64,000 bases of DNA from Octopus vulgaris (taxonomy: Eukaryota): the NCBI GenBank assembly GCA_951406725.2, contig OX597826.1, forward strand, positions 11,718,001 through 11,782,000, written 5' to 3'. Of this stretch, positions 1-12,947 are shown piece after piece. The stretch's first letter is position 1. Each line of letters begins with the position of its first letter. The notes beneath the pieces were generated by a model. That model had not been told where the DNA came from and did not search any database. It was given only the letters and a program-made list of their open reading frames with translations. The translations under genes and the position numbers were made by a program.

Positions 1-126
1 ACAGAAAAAAGGGATCGAAACGTTAAAGACTTGTTTTATTTATATTTCCTGAGCGCCATACTAATACAATTGTTTGTTTGTTTTCCACCTGCCTTCGTCT
101 TTTGTCTATTTTCATAAAGCTTCCCG

Positions 127-128
<2 letters not shown>
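1..128 (+). mobile_element. Penelope-like terminal-repeat family A, partial copy abutting (TA)n
   Basis: Same sequence as 40560-40721 (CGAAACGT-AAAGAC...CTGAGCGCCATACTAATAC...CACCTGCCTTCGTCTTTTG). It ends at a (TA)n tract and faces an inverted copy at 181-330. Confidence 0.55.
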
Positions 129-180
<52 letters not shown>

Positions 181-184
<4 letters not shown>

Positions 185-330
185 GTAATTTACGAAATAA
201 ACAACAAAAGACGAAGACAGGTGGTGTACAAAAAAGATGTATTAGTATAACGCTCAGGAAAAGAAAAAGTCTTTTACGTTTCGAGTCTATGCTCTTCTAC
301 AGAAAGGGACACAGAAAAAAGGAGAGAAAC
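181..330 (-). mobile_element. Penelope-like family A copy with hammerhead-like motif (271-306)
   Basis: Minus strand reads CTTT-CTGTAGA-A-GAG-cataga-CTC-GAAAC-GTA-AAAG; flanked by (TA)n on both sides. Confidence 0.55.
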
Positions 331-331
331 A

Positions 332-402
<71 letters not shown>

Positions 403-1150
403 GGACAAAAACGCAACAGAGGACAATAAAACATGCGGACAGATAGACAATACAAGAGCGGACAGGAAAAACAACAATTAGAGGAACAGGAAAAATGGAC
501 GGGTCATTCGTGGCTTTCTTTCCTCAGTCAAGTTATCAGATATCCCTACAGTTTCAGGTAGTTACAGTTGAGTCTGTTAGAGCATTAGATTTTTTTTATA
601 AGAAAGCAAGCGAATGTGTACGAGAACAAAGACAAAAAAACAGAGAACATGGTACACAATTACAAATACAAACAACAAGAATATAACAAAAGGTGACTTT
701 CAACTGAGGACGAATCAGATTGAGCTGGCGTGTATAAAGGGAAAGCCTTAAGGCAGGAAAACAGGAGATAGACATAAGAGGTGTTGGCGGTCGGCAGTCA
801 AACCAAGAAAGAAAGACCATGGCTGACGGAACACCGATCACGTGGAAGGAGGAAAGAGGAGTAGGGGCAACGCGATTGAAGGATTAGAAAGAATTAAAGA
901 GACAAAGGGAACGGTACAGGGGAGACAAATGAGGGGGAAAAGTAGGAGTTAAAGAAAGAGAGGGTCAGGAAATGTGAGAGAGAAGGAGCCAGAAATGTGA
1001 AAGAGGGGGAGCCAGAAAAGAGGAAGAAAGTAGGAGGGGAAATAAAAGACAGTAAAAGAACCGTACGAAATTTAGATACATGCATACTATAAGGTGAGCA
1101 AAAGTGTATGTGCACCGTTATATGAATATATAAACATTAAAATGATGAAA

Positions 1151-1310
1151 ATAGGGGAGAATTCACAAAAAAACACAAAAGACGAAGACAGCTGGTGTAG
1201 ACAACAAAGAAATGTATTAGTTTAACGCTCGGGAAGTGGAAAAAGTCTTTAACGATTCGAGCCTACGCCCTTCCACAGCAAGGAATACAAAAATAAACAA
1301 GGACCGAAAA
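1151..1310 (-). mobile_element. Diverged Penelope-like family A copy
   Basis: GACGAAGACAGCTGGTGTAGACAAC...TGTATTAG...CGCTC...GTCTTTAACGATTCGAGCCTACGCCCTTCCACAG matches the other copies. Confidence 0.5.
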
Positions 1311-1404
1311 TAAAGAATGTGTAGTGGCTAGCGATCTATCATGGCGAATGCCGGACAGAGGGCTCACACAGGAGAGCTACGAAGAAGGGAGATAATAAAG
1401 TATT

Positions 1405-1436
1405 GTATATATACATACATACATATATATACATAT

Positions 1437-1467
<31 letters not shown>

Positions 1468-1477
1468 TACATATATG

Positions 1478-1512
<35 letters not shown>

Positions 1513-1765
1513 ATATATAGATAGATAGATAAATAGATAGATTGATAGATAGATAGAATGATAGATATATATATAGATAGATAGATAAATAGATAGATAG
1601 ATAGATAGATAAGATAGATAGATTGATAGATAGATAGATAGATATGTAGACACACACATGCACACATTTACATGCATGCGCACGTACGTACACACACATA
1701 CACAAATATGTCTGTATTTAGTAGTGGTGGTGGTGATGGTGATGGTGATGGTGATGGTGATGGTC
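1405..1765. repeat. Compound microsatellite (TA)n/(TG)n/(GATA)n/(GGTGAT)n
   Basis: Directly visible simple repeats. Confidence 0.95.
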
Positions 1766-2241
1766 ATTTATTCATCCGTTTGTACAATTACAAGCATGCA
1801 GCGCCATGCAAATATGCTCTTATAAATACATATGCATGAGCGTGTGTGAATACATATACATATGTATGGAAGCTTATACGTCACAACAAGAAAAAAACAG
1901 ACAAAAAATAAAATGCGAAAAACGGCGTTATAATAACGGTATAATGGCTTTACGCAAAGAATTTCGTGATCAGATCTGATAGATGCTAGACAACAAAAGG
2001 ATAAGAAAAACTGCAAAAGCAATAATGGCAACTGCAATAAAAACGTCATCATCATGAGTAACATATATCACTACGTAGTTGAAAATAATATCTAAATTCC
2101 AGTGATGGGGCATTTTTCCTGGATCGTATGTTTATACGTCTGAGGCACTTCCCAGAAGCTCTTTGTATCTGGAAAGCACTTTTCGCTTGTGATCGTTATA
2201 AATGTCTATTTGTTGGGACCCGCACGGACACACAAACATAT

Positions 2242-2297
<56 letters not shown>

Positions 2298-2964
2298 CGA
2301 AGGGCTTCTTTTAGTTTCCGTCTACTAAATCCACTCACAAGGCTTTATCTATTTGTAGGGACCCACAAGAACAGAATTTTCGGTGAAGTGGGGTAAGTCT
2401 ATTACATCTACTAGTATTTATTTTATCAACTCCGAAAGGAAAGGTGAAGTCGTCCTCGGCGAAATTTGAACTCAGACGGACGAAATGCTGCTAAGCATTT
2501 TGTCCGGCGTGCTAACGATTCTGCAAGCTCGCCGACTTCGTTGTTAGAAATATATCGAAACTCCAGGTTAAAAAGTAGCCTTTTACATGGATGCACAAAT
2601 TGCCAGACATAGCAAACAAAACGCCACCAAATAACATACTATTGATTAAAGAGAAAGGACAAAACATGATGGTAATTTAGTGCTGGAATCCTTATGCTTC
2701 GAAACGACCCACAAAGGAAGCCTATATATGATTACTCGACTTCCTGGAAATAACAGCTATTTCTTTGCATCTTCAATAAACACTCCACAATTTTTGTAAC
2801 AGAGATATTAACTTCGTTTTAAGTATTTGTTTAAGGATCGCAACACGGATTGATCACTGATACGGCGTTGATGAAACGATGTAATCTGACTTAAGTTAAT
2901 CCTTTGTACATTCGCTTTGCTAAGTGTTTGATTGGTTGCCTCCGTTGTTGTATGTATACTCATC

Positions 2965-3180
2965 TCTTTTTCTTTTACTCTTTTACTTGTTTCAGTCATT
3001 TGACTGCGGCCATGCTAGAGCACCACCTTTAGTCGAGAAAATCAACCCCAGAGTTTATTCATTGTAAGCCTAGTACTTATTCTATCGGTCTCTTTTGCCA
3101 AACCGCTAAGTCACGGGGACGTAAACACACCAGCATCGGTCGCCAAGCGATGTTGGGGGTGAAAAACACAGACACACAAA
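2965..3180 (-). mobile_element. 3' half of abundant tRNA-derived SINE family B
   Basis: Reverse complement matches the 3' half of the complete copy at 38551-38926 (GACCGATAGAATAAGTACTAGGCTTAC...CAGCATGGCCGCAGTCAAATGACTGAAACAAGTAAAAGA). Confidence 0.85.
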
Positions 3181-3213
3181 CATATCCACACACATGCATA
3201 CATACATACATAA

Positions 3214-3279
<66 letters not shown>

Positions 3280-3350
3280 CGGGAAGGTTTACGAAAATAA
3301 ACAAAAAGACGAAGGCAGGTGGTGTACAAACAAACATTTGTATTAGTATG

Positions 3351-4350
3351 GCGCTCATTGCGGCCCTTTCAGATATGCCCTCAGCTGCTCGGATAGCCAC
3401 CCTTGCTAGCTGCGCAGACGATACAAAAGTCTCGCAGACAATACAGCAGGAGTTGGACTCAATTTACAGATGGGCTGAGGATAATAATATTCAGTTTAAT
3501 TCCAAGCCCTGCGCTACCAGCGTCCAAAACTGAATATGAAACTTACAGGGTACACTGGTCCGCAGAGAACTACAATCCCAGAGCCTAAATCAGTGATGGA
3601 CCTCGGTATCGACATGAGTGATGATACCTCTTTCCAAGTGCACATCACCAGGATGGCGACAAAGTGCAGTCGACTGGCTGGCTGGATCCTGAGAACATTC
3701 AGAACCAGTGATAAGGAAACCAGGATGGTCCTCTGGAGGACATTCGTTCACAGCCGCCTGGATCACTGCCCCCAGCTATGGTCACCCAACAGTGTAAAAT
3801 TAACAGCGAATCTTGAAGCAATCCAGCGAAGATTCACGAAGAAGATCGTCTCTTTGCAACAGCTCAGCTACTGGGAAAGGCTGAAACAGTTAAGACTCTA
3901 CTCCCAGGAGCGAAGGCGGGAGAGGTATGCAGTAATATACATCTGGAAGATCCTGGAAGGAATTGTGCCAAATTTTGGCATTGAAAGCTACACCATTGCC
4001 AGAACAGGTCGACACTGCACAGTGCCAAAGATCCCAGCAATGCCATCGTGCTTTAGGACCAGTTACTGCAACAGCCTGGGTTTCAGGGGCCCACAGCTTT
4101 TTAATATTCTCCCAAAGAGTCTGAGGACTCTACACAAAGTAGATGTAGGCGTTTTTAAATCAAGGCTGGACCTCTTCTTGTCAAGAGGTCCAGATGAACC
4201 TACCTCACGGCAAGAGGTGCAAATGAGGGTAGCTACATCAAACTCCATTCTATACCAAGTGTCACATATTAGAGGAGGATCTCAGTAATAGCAGTGCAGC
4301 AAAACAGCGGTGCTCCAGCATGGCCACAGCTATGAGCTGAAACTACAACA
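3351..4350 (+). mobile_element. 5'-truncated CR1-group LINE (RT C-terminal part plus 3' UTR), frameshifted
   Basis: CADDTK (degenerate YADD), then ORF 3536-4288 with CR1-type motifs: DLGI, SRLDHCPQLWSP, LEAIQRRFTK, LSYWERLKQLRLYSQERRRER, LFNILP, FKSRLD. Confidence 0.85.
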
Positions 4351-4445
4351 TTTTTTTTTTAAATATACGACGTGCTTCTTCCAGTTTCCGTCTACCAAAT
4401 CCGCTCACAAGGCTTTGGTCGGCCCAAGGCTATAGTAGAAGACAC

Positions 4446-4707
4446 TTGCTCAGAACGTAACAGCAGACGAAATACCTATTTCTTTACTACACACAAGGGG
4501 CCAAACATAGAAGGGACAAACAAGGACAGACAAGCGGATTAAGTCGATTACATCGACCCCAGTACGTAACTGGTACTTATTTAATCGACCCCGAAAGGAT
4601 GAAAGGCAATGTCGACCTCAGCGGAATTTGAACTCAGAACGTAACAGCACACGAAATACTGCTAAGCATTTCGCTCGGCGTGCTAACGTTTCTGCCAGCT
4701 CGCCGTC
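4446..4707 (-). mobile_element. tRNA-derived SINE family C (Nin-like central domain, Tx1-like tail)
   Basis: Head GGCGAGCTGGCAGAAACGTTAGCAC...GAGTTCAAATTCC (A/B boxes), body GTCGAC...GCCTTTCATCCTTTCGGGGTCGAT...AAGTACCAG, tail GCCCCTTGTG-GTAGTAAAGAAATAG. Confidence 0.85.
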
Positions 4708-4821
4708 TTTCCCATATTTAGTTTATTCTCTATACATGATGACTGATATCCAACCAAACTTAACTTTGTCTTTTCTCCAATGTAGATATAATTGGCATTA
4801 ATAACATATTCAGGCAAATTC

Positions 4822-4879
<58 letters not shown>

Positions 4880-5165
4880 ACAGAGCTAAGCATTGTTGAG
4901 GATTCATTTGTTCCTCATAGCTGCTTAACGCCATTCCTGTAAATATTCTGATCAGGCGGTCCACAAACGCAACTCGGTCACTAATATCATTGGCTGTTCT
5001 AAGATAAAGCTACAATGTCCAGGAGTCCACTAGAGGGGAAACACTGAGCAGGTAAAGTTCTTTTACTTCTTCTACCAAAAGTGAAAACTTCTTCTCCACG
5101 GCAAAATGCAGTGAATTTGCCCTTAGAGGTTAAAATATGTCACAACCATATTTTAGCTAACCTAC

Positions 5166-5206
<41 letters not shown>

Positions 5207-5983
5207 CACTTTGAAAATTCGGCATGGTGCTTAAAGAACATGGTAATATCTCTCTGTGCTGTTAGACAGTGTTAAACATGAAGTGTACTTTGTCTCCTAC
5301 GACTCCTTGTCTTCGACCACGCCGCCCACTTCGTCTAAACAACCACGGCTGTTTATTCCGAACAAAATCGATTTCATCTCATGAATTCTAGTTAAATAAA
5401 GTATTCTGCATCTCATACTTAGAATTCCAACATTCCTATTGTTGTCGCTAAACCTAGCAGTATGGTCGTGATTCTATATCAAGATTTTCACATTTAGAAA
5501 GAGGAAAAAGAAGAAAGAAAAAAATGTTAATAAAAAGTGTGGAAGTAAGAGGAAAAGCGAAAAGGAAAGAATGAGAGATAAATGCCAGGAGGGGGGGCGA
5601 TGTGGCGGGGGGGGGGGAGCAACGCAACAAATGAATGTTGCAGGTAATTGTTTGGGTGATAATGATGAGCGACTTAGTGTTGAAGTTAGCAAAGATTACC
5701 ATTAATATTACAGGAGAACCGGATAAAGAGATATAAATTGATGTCGCTTGTGATATCAACAACTAACGTTGTGTATTTACTGTGACAAAATAACCATGAA
5801 CAATTGGATGGCCCGCAATCGGCGAAAAGAATTGTTGCGGTCATCAGTGACGTCATCAGCGGAAATAAAGCTCATATAGTTTGTCTGTTAAAAGACAGGA
5901 TTCGAGGTCACGAGTATCGAATGATTAATTACAGTGTCAGAATATAGGTCGTAATGCAAAGTGAGCAGGCCGATGAATAGAAG

Positions 5984-6027
<44 letters not shown>

Positions 6028-7009
6028 AGAGAGGGAGAGAGAGACAGGGAGAGAGACAGAGAGAGAGTGCGGCCTGGATGTGCATATATAACATAATGGT
6101 AAGCAACTTGATTTTCGCGATTTCCCGTTCTTTTGCATTTATGACCGGAAGTAATATATTCTTATAACCTTCAATGGCGAAAGTTGTCCCGTGCGGAACG
6201 GAGAAACATTTTATTGTAAAAGGCGTATGATAAATAGCATCATAAACGATAGTTTGGAATAAAAGGAAAGATGAGTTGTCTATTTCGAAAAGAGACAAGT
6301 TTGCTCTTTTATTTTTGTAACAAACGAGAAATATTCGATATGCCTCTATAATGAGCGGATGTTGCTAACATTGAACAAAACTGAATAGACTTCACCACTA
6401 ACTTGGAAATTCTCTACGGAACTAAGCTCTAAAAGTTCCCGGAAATAAGCAAAGAAATGAGAATTTTCGTAGCAGCTATCCCTGTCTTCAATCTTGTTTA
6501 ATCGCTTCCATTTATTTTTTAAACTTTAATCAATGCTTCTGCTGCAGGATCCACACACTTTGACGATCTCTTTACCGATGTGGAGCCAACGAGGAATAAA
6601 AATAAAAATAAAGATGGAGAATGCGCACAAATTAATATTACTCTTACTTCCGGTCTCACACAAAAGATTTTTCCGAAAAGAAATGTTTCCGAAATAGCCA
6701 TTTCTTTCTAATTTATTCTGAATTGACACAACTATACTTTGCCAATTTTCTACGGTTAAAGTGTATGTGTGTGTGAATGTGTATGTGAGGGTGTGAATGT
6801 CTGTGTGTGTGTGTGTGTGCTGGCGCGTGTGCGTTTGCGTGTTTTCGTGGCTGTGTCTCGGCTTGTGTGCGATCGCGGCGTAAGTCTTTTATGCTTGTCA
6901 GTAGGCGCACGAACAATTATGTAAGTGTTTAAGTATATATTATATACATGTATGTTCGTGTGTTACCAAAGCTTTTATAGAAGTTTATGTGCATGAAATA
7001 TGTTCACTA

Positions 7010-7021
7010 CATATATATACA

Positions 7022-7101
<80 letters not shown>

Positions 7102-7159
7102 CATACGCACACATGATATGCATACATAAATACACAAACGTATATATATATATACATAC

Positions 7160-7256
<97 letters not shown>

Positions 7257-7352
7257 TATATACACATATACATACATGCATGCATACATACATATATTCA
7301 TATATATATATATATATATATATACGCACACACACACACATATATATATATG

Positions 7353-7390
<38 letters not shown>
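7010..7390. repeat. Compound microsatellite (TA)n/(GATA)n/(CA)n
   Basis: Directly visible. Confidence 0.95.
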
Positions 7391-7391
<1 letters not shown>

Positions 7392-7987
7392 ATCTGTGTT
7401 GGTTGAGGTAAAGGTGGGGATATGAATGTGTGTGAGTGTGTCTGGGGGAGGGGTTGTGTGTGTGTGCGCGCGCATTCATGTGTATCTATTAATGTATTTG
7501 TTTATTGTTTATAAGATATTGTCATCTAAATATACACAAGCATACTCATGCATATAAACACATACACGCTACCTACCTACCTACCTATCTATCTATCTAT
7601 CTATCTATCTATGTACTTATCTAGCTATTTACCTACATACACACATACTTACATTCACACACATACACGCGCGCACACACAGAGACATATTTGCATACGT
7701 ACGCAAATACACACAACACGCGCATACATACATTATATATAATCATTTTCGCTCATGTGGTACAAAAGCATAAAAGCGATTCATGGTGTGTAGTGCATTA
7801 TATATGTTTATATATGTTAATTTATGTGAGGTAGGAAAGGATTACGATGTCATTTTATTACTTACAAGCTTGCTCGCATCTACAGTCGACTGACCGAACA
7901 AAACTGCAAGTCACAAGACAAACCAGAGCCATTAAACACCAACTGGAGTATAGAATATACACACAGAATGTATGTATGTATGTATGT

Positions 7988-8150
7988 AACGGAAGGTTTA
8001 CGAAAATAAACAAAAGACGAAGGCAGGTGGAGTACAAACAAACAATTGTATTAGTATGGCGCTCAGGAATAGAAATAAAGCAAGTCTTTTACGTTTCGAG
8101 CCTACGCTCTTCGACAGAAAGATACACAGAAAAGAAACAAGGAGAGAAAA
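7988..8150 (-). mobile_element. Penelope-like family A copy with hammerhead-like motif (8085-8122)
   Basis: Minus strand TCTTT-CTGTCGA-A-GAG-cgtagg-CTC-GAAAC-GTA-AAAGA. Confidence 0.6.
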
Positions 8151-8189
8151 AAATTGCGTGTAGGGCTAAAGATCCAACATGGTGTTCTG

Positions 8190-8221
<32 letters not shown>

Positions 8222-8675
8222 TGTATGTATGTATGTATGTATGTATGTATGTATGTATGTATGTATGTATGTATATATGTATTTTTGTATGTATGTATGG
8301 ATGTATGTATGCATGAATATATGTATGTATGTATGTGTGTTTGTATGTATGTATGTATGTATGTATGCATGAATGTATGTATGTATGTATGTATGCATGA
8401 ATATATGTATGTATGTATGTATGCATGAATATATGTATGTATGTATGTATGCATGAATATATGTATGTATGTATGTATGCATGAATATATGTATGTATGT
8501 ATGTATGCATGAATATATGTATGTATGTATGTATGCATGAATGTATGTATGTATGTATGCATGAATATATGTATGTATATATGTATGCATGAATGTATGT
8601 ATGTATGTATGCATGAATATATGTATGTATGTATGCATGAATGTATGTATGTATGTATGCATGAATATATGTATG

Positions 8676-8709
<34 letters not shown>

Positions 8710-8790
8710 TATATGTATGTATGCATGAATGTATGTCTGTATGCATGTATGCATGTATGCATGTATGTATGTATGTATGTATGTATCTAT
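8190..8790. repeat. (TATG)n satellite with a higher-order unit marked by GCATGAAT every ~24-32 bp
   Basis: Recurrent gtatgcatgaat(a/g)tatgtatg units from 8305 to 8730. Confidence 0.9.
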
Positions 8791-9197
8791 GTGCATGTGT
8801 GTATGCATATACGTGTATTTATGTGTACAAATATGAATGTGGTTGAGTATCTCTGACAATTGTGAAATTATTTCTTTCCTCTTAGACAGACTCATAATCG
8901 CGCGCGTACACACTCGCATTATGTCTCCTAATGAAGTGATGCATAATGATGAAACAAAGATTTATTACACGTGGAAGTATATGGCAGATGCTTCCACATA
9001 TTTCTATATCTATGTCTCTAGTACGCAAACACGCGGGCGCGCACACACACGCACATACATACACACGCCTGCACATACGCATGTACACACACACCCACAC
9101 ACAACACACACACACACGGGTACACGCATGCACACACACATGTAGGCACACGCACACGCACACGCACACACACATGTAGGCACACACACACGCACAT

Positions 9198-9237
<40 letters not shown>

Positions 9238-9548
9238 CCTCTCTCTCCCCTCCCAGCGCTCTCTCCTTCTCTTTCTCTCCCTTTCTTTCTCTCTCTCTCT
9301 TTCTCTCTCTCTTCATCTCTCTCCCTCCCTCCCCCCTCTCTCTCTGTTTATGAATTTAGATGTTGATATTAAAGCCATGTGACATCTAAACATGCAAGCC
9401 TGTATAATAAAAGAGTTCCAGCCACAATTTTCTTGTCTTGTCAGACCATGTGTATCGTCTTGAAGGTATTGTATCTTCCTTCTGACTGTAAAATGCGATT
9501 TGCCAGAGATATCCAACTACGAAGTCTAGCTGGTCGAGCTACTACATT

Positions 9549-10030
9549 CTATTTCTTTACTACCGACAAGGAGCTAAGCACGGAGAGGACAAACAAAGAC
9601 AGACAAATGGATTAAGTCGATTATATCGACCCCAGTGCGTAACTGGTACTTAATTTATCGACCCCGAAAGGATGAAAGGCAAAGTCGACCTCGGCGGAAT
9701 TTGAACTCAGAACGTTGCGGCAGACGAAATACCGCTAAGCATTTCGCCCGGCGTGCTAACGTTTCTGCCAGCTCGCCGCCTTTGAACGGAAAGACAGACG
9801 AAATACATATTTCTTTACTACCCACAAGGGGCTAAACACAGAGGGGACAAACAAGGACAGAAAAACTGATTAAGTCGATTGTAAAGACCACAGTGCGTAA
9901 CTGGTACTTATTTAATCGACCCCGAAAGGATGAAAGGCAAAGTCGACCTCGGCGGAATTTGAACTCAGAACGTAACGGCAGACGAAATGCCGCTAAGCAT
10001 TTACTCCGGTGTGTTCTGCCAGTTCGCCAC
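9549..10030 (-). mobile_element. Two head-to-tail copies of SINE family C (9549-9780, 9808-10030)
   Basis: Both match 36016-36243 in reverse complement. Confidence 0.9.
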
Positions 10031-10419
10031 TTTATTCATGACCTTTAATAATAACTGTTTCTTGTATTACCCCAAGTTCACAGATTTTGATGAGGAAAAA
10101 GCCTGCCTCGTCGATAAAATTGATCCAGTATACTGGTAGTTCTTACCGTTAATATTATTCTCCTGCGGTCAACTTATGAATCACTCTAACTATGGAATGA
10201 AATAGGAGACATAATCTATTATACATACAACGTTAATATTATTCATAAGTTAATTGATTGATAGACTATGGAACGAAACCGAAGACATAATTTATTATAG
10301 CTACAACATTTATATTATATATATGTGTGTGTATGTGTGTGTATGTGCGTGTGCGCGCGCGCATTTGTGTGTGTAAGGGAGACTGAGAGAGAGAGAGAGA
10401 GAAAGAAAGAGAGAGAGGT

Positions 10420-10710
10420 GGGGGAGACGCGTGGTCGAGTGATTAGGTTGCTGCTCTCGCGATTACAAGATCGTGGTTTCAATTCCCAGACTGACGGTAG
10501 CGTTGTATTCTTGAGCAAAACACTTCATTTGAGGTTGCGTCAGTCCATCCAGTTGCAAATGAGTGACCCTGCAACGGACTGGCATTCCGTTCATGGATAT
10601 TGTTCACTTGCCCGCCTAGCCATCGGGGTGATATCATTCGAAAGCTAAAACAATGCGAAGAACCGCGCTGTCATCAGTGGTGTATAACAACATTCCGATA
10701 GTCTGGTCGA
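10420..10710 (+). mobile_element. Diverged tRNA-derived SINE
   Basis: GGAGACGCGTGGTCGAGTG...GGTTTCAATTCCCAGAC head and TTCTTGAGCAAAACACTT core; tail resembles the reverse complement of 59810-59900. Confidence 0.7.
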
Positions 10711-11149
10711 TACAGCGAAAGACACACACACACACACACACACAGTGTGAGTGTTGTATAGATGTTTGTATTCCACTAATCGCATTTATTATCTCCACTT
10801 CTATATTCCAATAAAATAATCAATCTTTTATAACACGATTTCAATTTACACGGCGATTCGCGGAACCATGGTAAATTATCCGAACCCCAAAGAATACCTT
10901 TCAGCACTCGGCTGTGATGTTCCCACACTACTTCTGCTCGTGATCAAAGATGCACATATCGTCAGCCACTAAGGGACATTCTCAGTTGGTTACGGTCAAA
11001 CAACTGATAAGCAAATCTGTGTTACTGAGCAGAATATTTGCTGTAGCCCATCTTTTATACCAAGACAAAACAATGTACATGATAACACTTCCAATCAGTT
11101 AAGATCAAAAGCCACGAGAGCCACTGCCTAGTACTGGATGAAAGCATTT

Positions 11150-11171
11150 ATCATCATCATCATCATCATCA

Positions 11172-11250
<79 letters not shown>

Positions 11251-11780
11251 CATTATTATTATCATTATTATTATTTTCTGTTTGACTTTTGCTTTAAATT
11301 TGTACAAGTTGGCTCCAAGTCTCACTCAGAGACCTCAAGAGACAACAAGTTGGAAGTTCATGTTGGTGTTATTCCTAGGGTGCCATATATTTGGTTTTGT
11401 ACATAGTATTGTTCTAGAGAATGTTTAAGAAGCCATAAAAAATTGTTTGTTTTAATACTTGGGGTTGATAAATTAAGTACCAGTTAAGCACTGGGGTCAA
11501 TTTAATCGACTGCTCAGTACAAAGAATTCTTCTTCTTCTTCTTCTTCTTCTTCTTCTTCTTCTTCTTCTTCTTCTTCTTCTTCTTCTTCTTCTTCTTCTT
11601 CTTCTTCTTCTTCTTCTCATTATTATTATTATTATTATTTTCCTTCTTTCTTCAAATTTTCTTCCGCTTCTCGCCGAGTGTTTTCCGTACAGTTGGGGCA
11701 GAGAATCTCATTGTATGCATTCCCAGATTACACACGCAAATTCACAGGTATCATTATTATTATAATTATTATTATTATTA

Positions 11781-11850
<70 letters not shown>

Positions 11851-11870
11851 CATTATTATTATTATTGTTG

Positions 11871-11936
<66 letters not shown>

Positions 11937-12126
11937 TATTATTATTATTATTATTGAGTGAGAGAGCAGTTCATGCCATCAAAGTGACACTGGGGTAAAA
12001 TATACGAAGCCCAATATACCCATCATGACTACCCGTCTGATAAAGGTACACCAGGCACTATTATATTATTATTATTATTATCATTATTATTATTATTGTT
12101 ATTATTATTATTATTATCATCAATCA

Positions 12127-12181
<55 letters not shown>

Positions 12182-12232
12182 CATCATTATTATCATTATT
12201 ATTATCATTATTATTGTTATTATTATTATTAT
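11150..12232. repeat. (ATT)n/(ATC)n/(CTT)n trinucleotide cluster interrupted by short non-repetitive inserts
   Basis: Directly visible; inserts at about 11275-11450, 11640-11750 and 11955-12058. Confidence 0.9.
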
Positions 12233-12752
12233 TCAGAATTCGGCAAGACTTTTCGTCTTAAAGAGAAGCCACTTTATGCCCCTGGAAATAGATGCATTAC
12301 GCCATGGTTAATGAGGTGTATCAGGCAAGATTTTATTTATTTATTTATTCATTCATTCATTTATTTATTTTAAGCCTCAGCCACGACCCCACCCCCACCC
12401 CATTTCACCCTCAAACCCTTCATCCTCCACCCCACCACCACCACGGAAATTGGTGGGAAGCGAAGTTCATTATTTTTGTTGAGAACGATCAGTGCTTAGC
12501 GACCACAAACCATTCAAATTATATATAAGCAGCGAGGAGAGAGAGAGAGAGAGAGAGATGGCCAACGTAAAACATGTAATGACAACAGGAAACAATGGCC
12601 TGCATTGTGTGTGGTTGTCCGCTAACTTGCTAAATCGGAATTTGTCTTGATGCATGACCGAAACCTTCCAACTACTCAGATTGGGGCAGTATGCCAAACG
12701 CTGTCGCTTCTGAACGAGAATCTCAAATACAAATATTCGGACGCGCGCGCGC

Positions 12753-12784
<32 letters not shown>

Positions 12785-12789
<5 letters not shown>

Positions 12790-12916
12790 CGCGTACATAT
12801 CTTTGGCTTCGCTATATAACTGTCTCTTTCTTTCTTTCTTGCTCTCTTTCTTTCTTACTCTCCTTCTTTCTTTCTTTCTTTCTTTCTTTCTTTCCTTCTT
12901 TCTTTCCTTCTTTCTG

Positions 12917-12947
<31 letters not shown>

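Noticed and set aside
4921-5051. Possible exon with good acceptor and donor sites
   Set aside because: Stops in all three frames and no partner exons; could be non-coding but cannot be supported.
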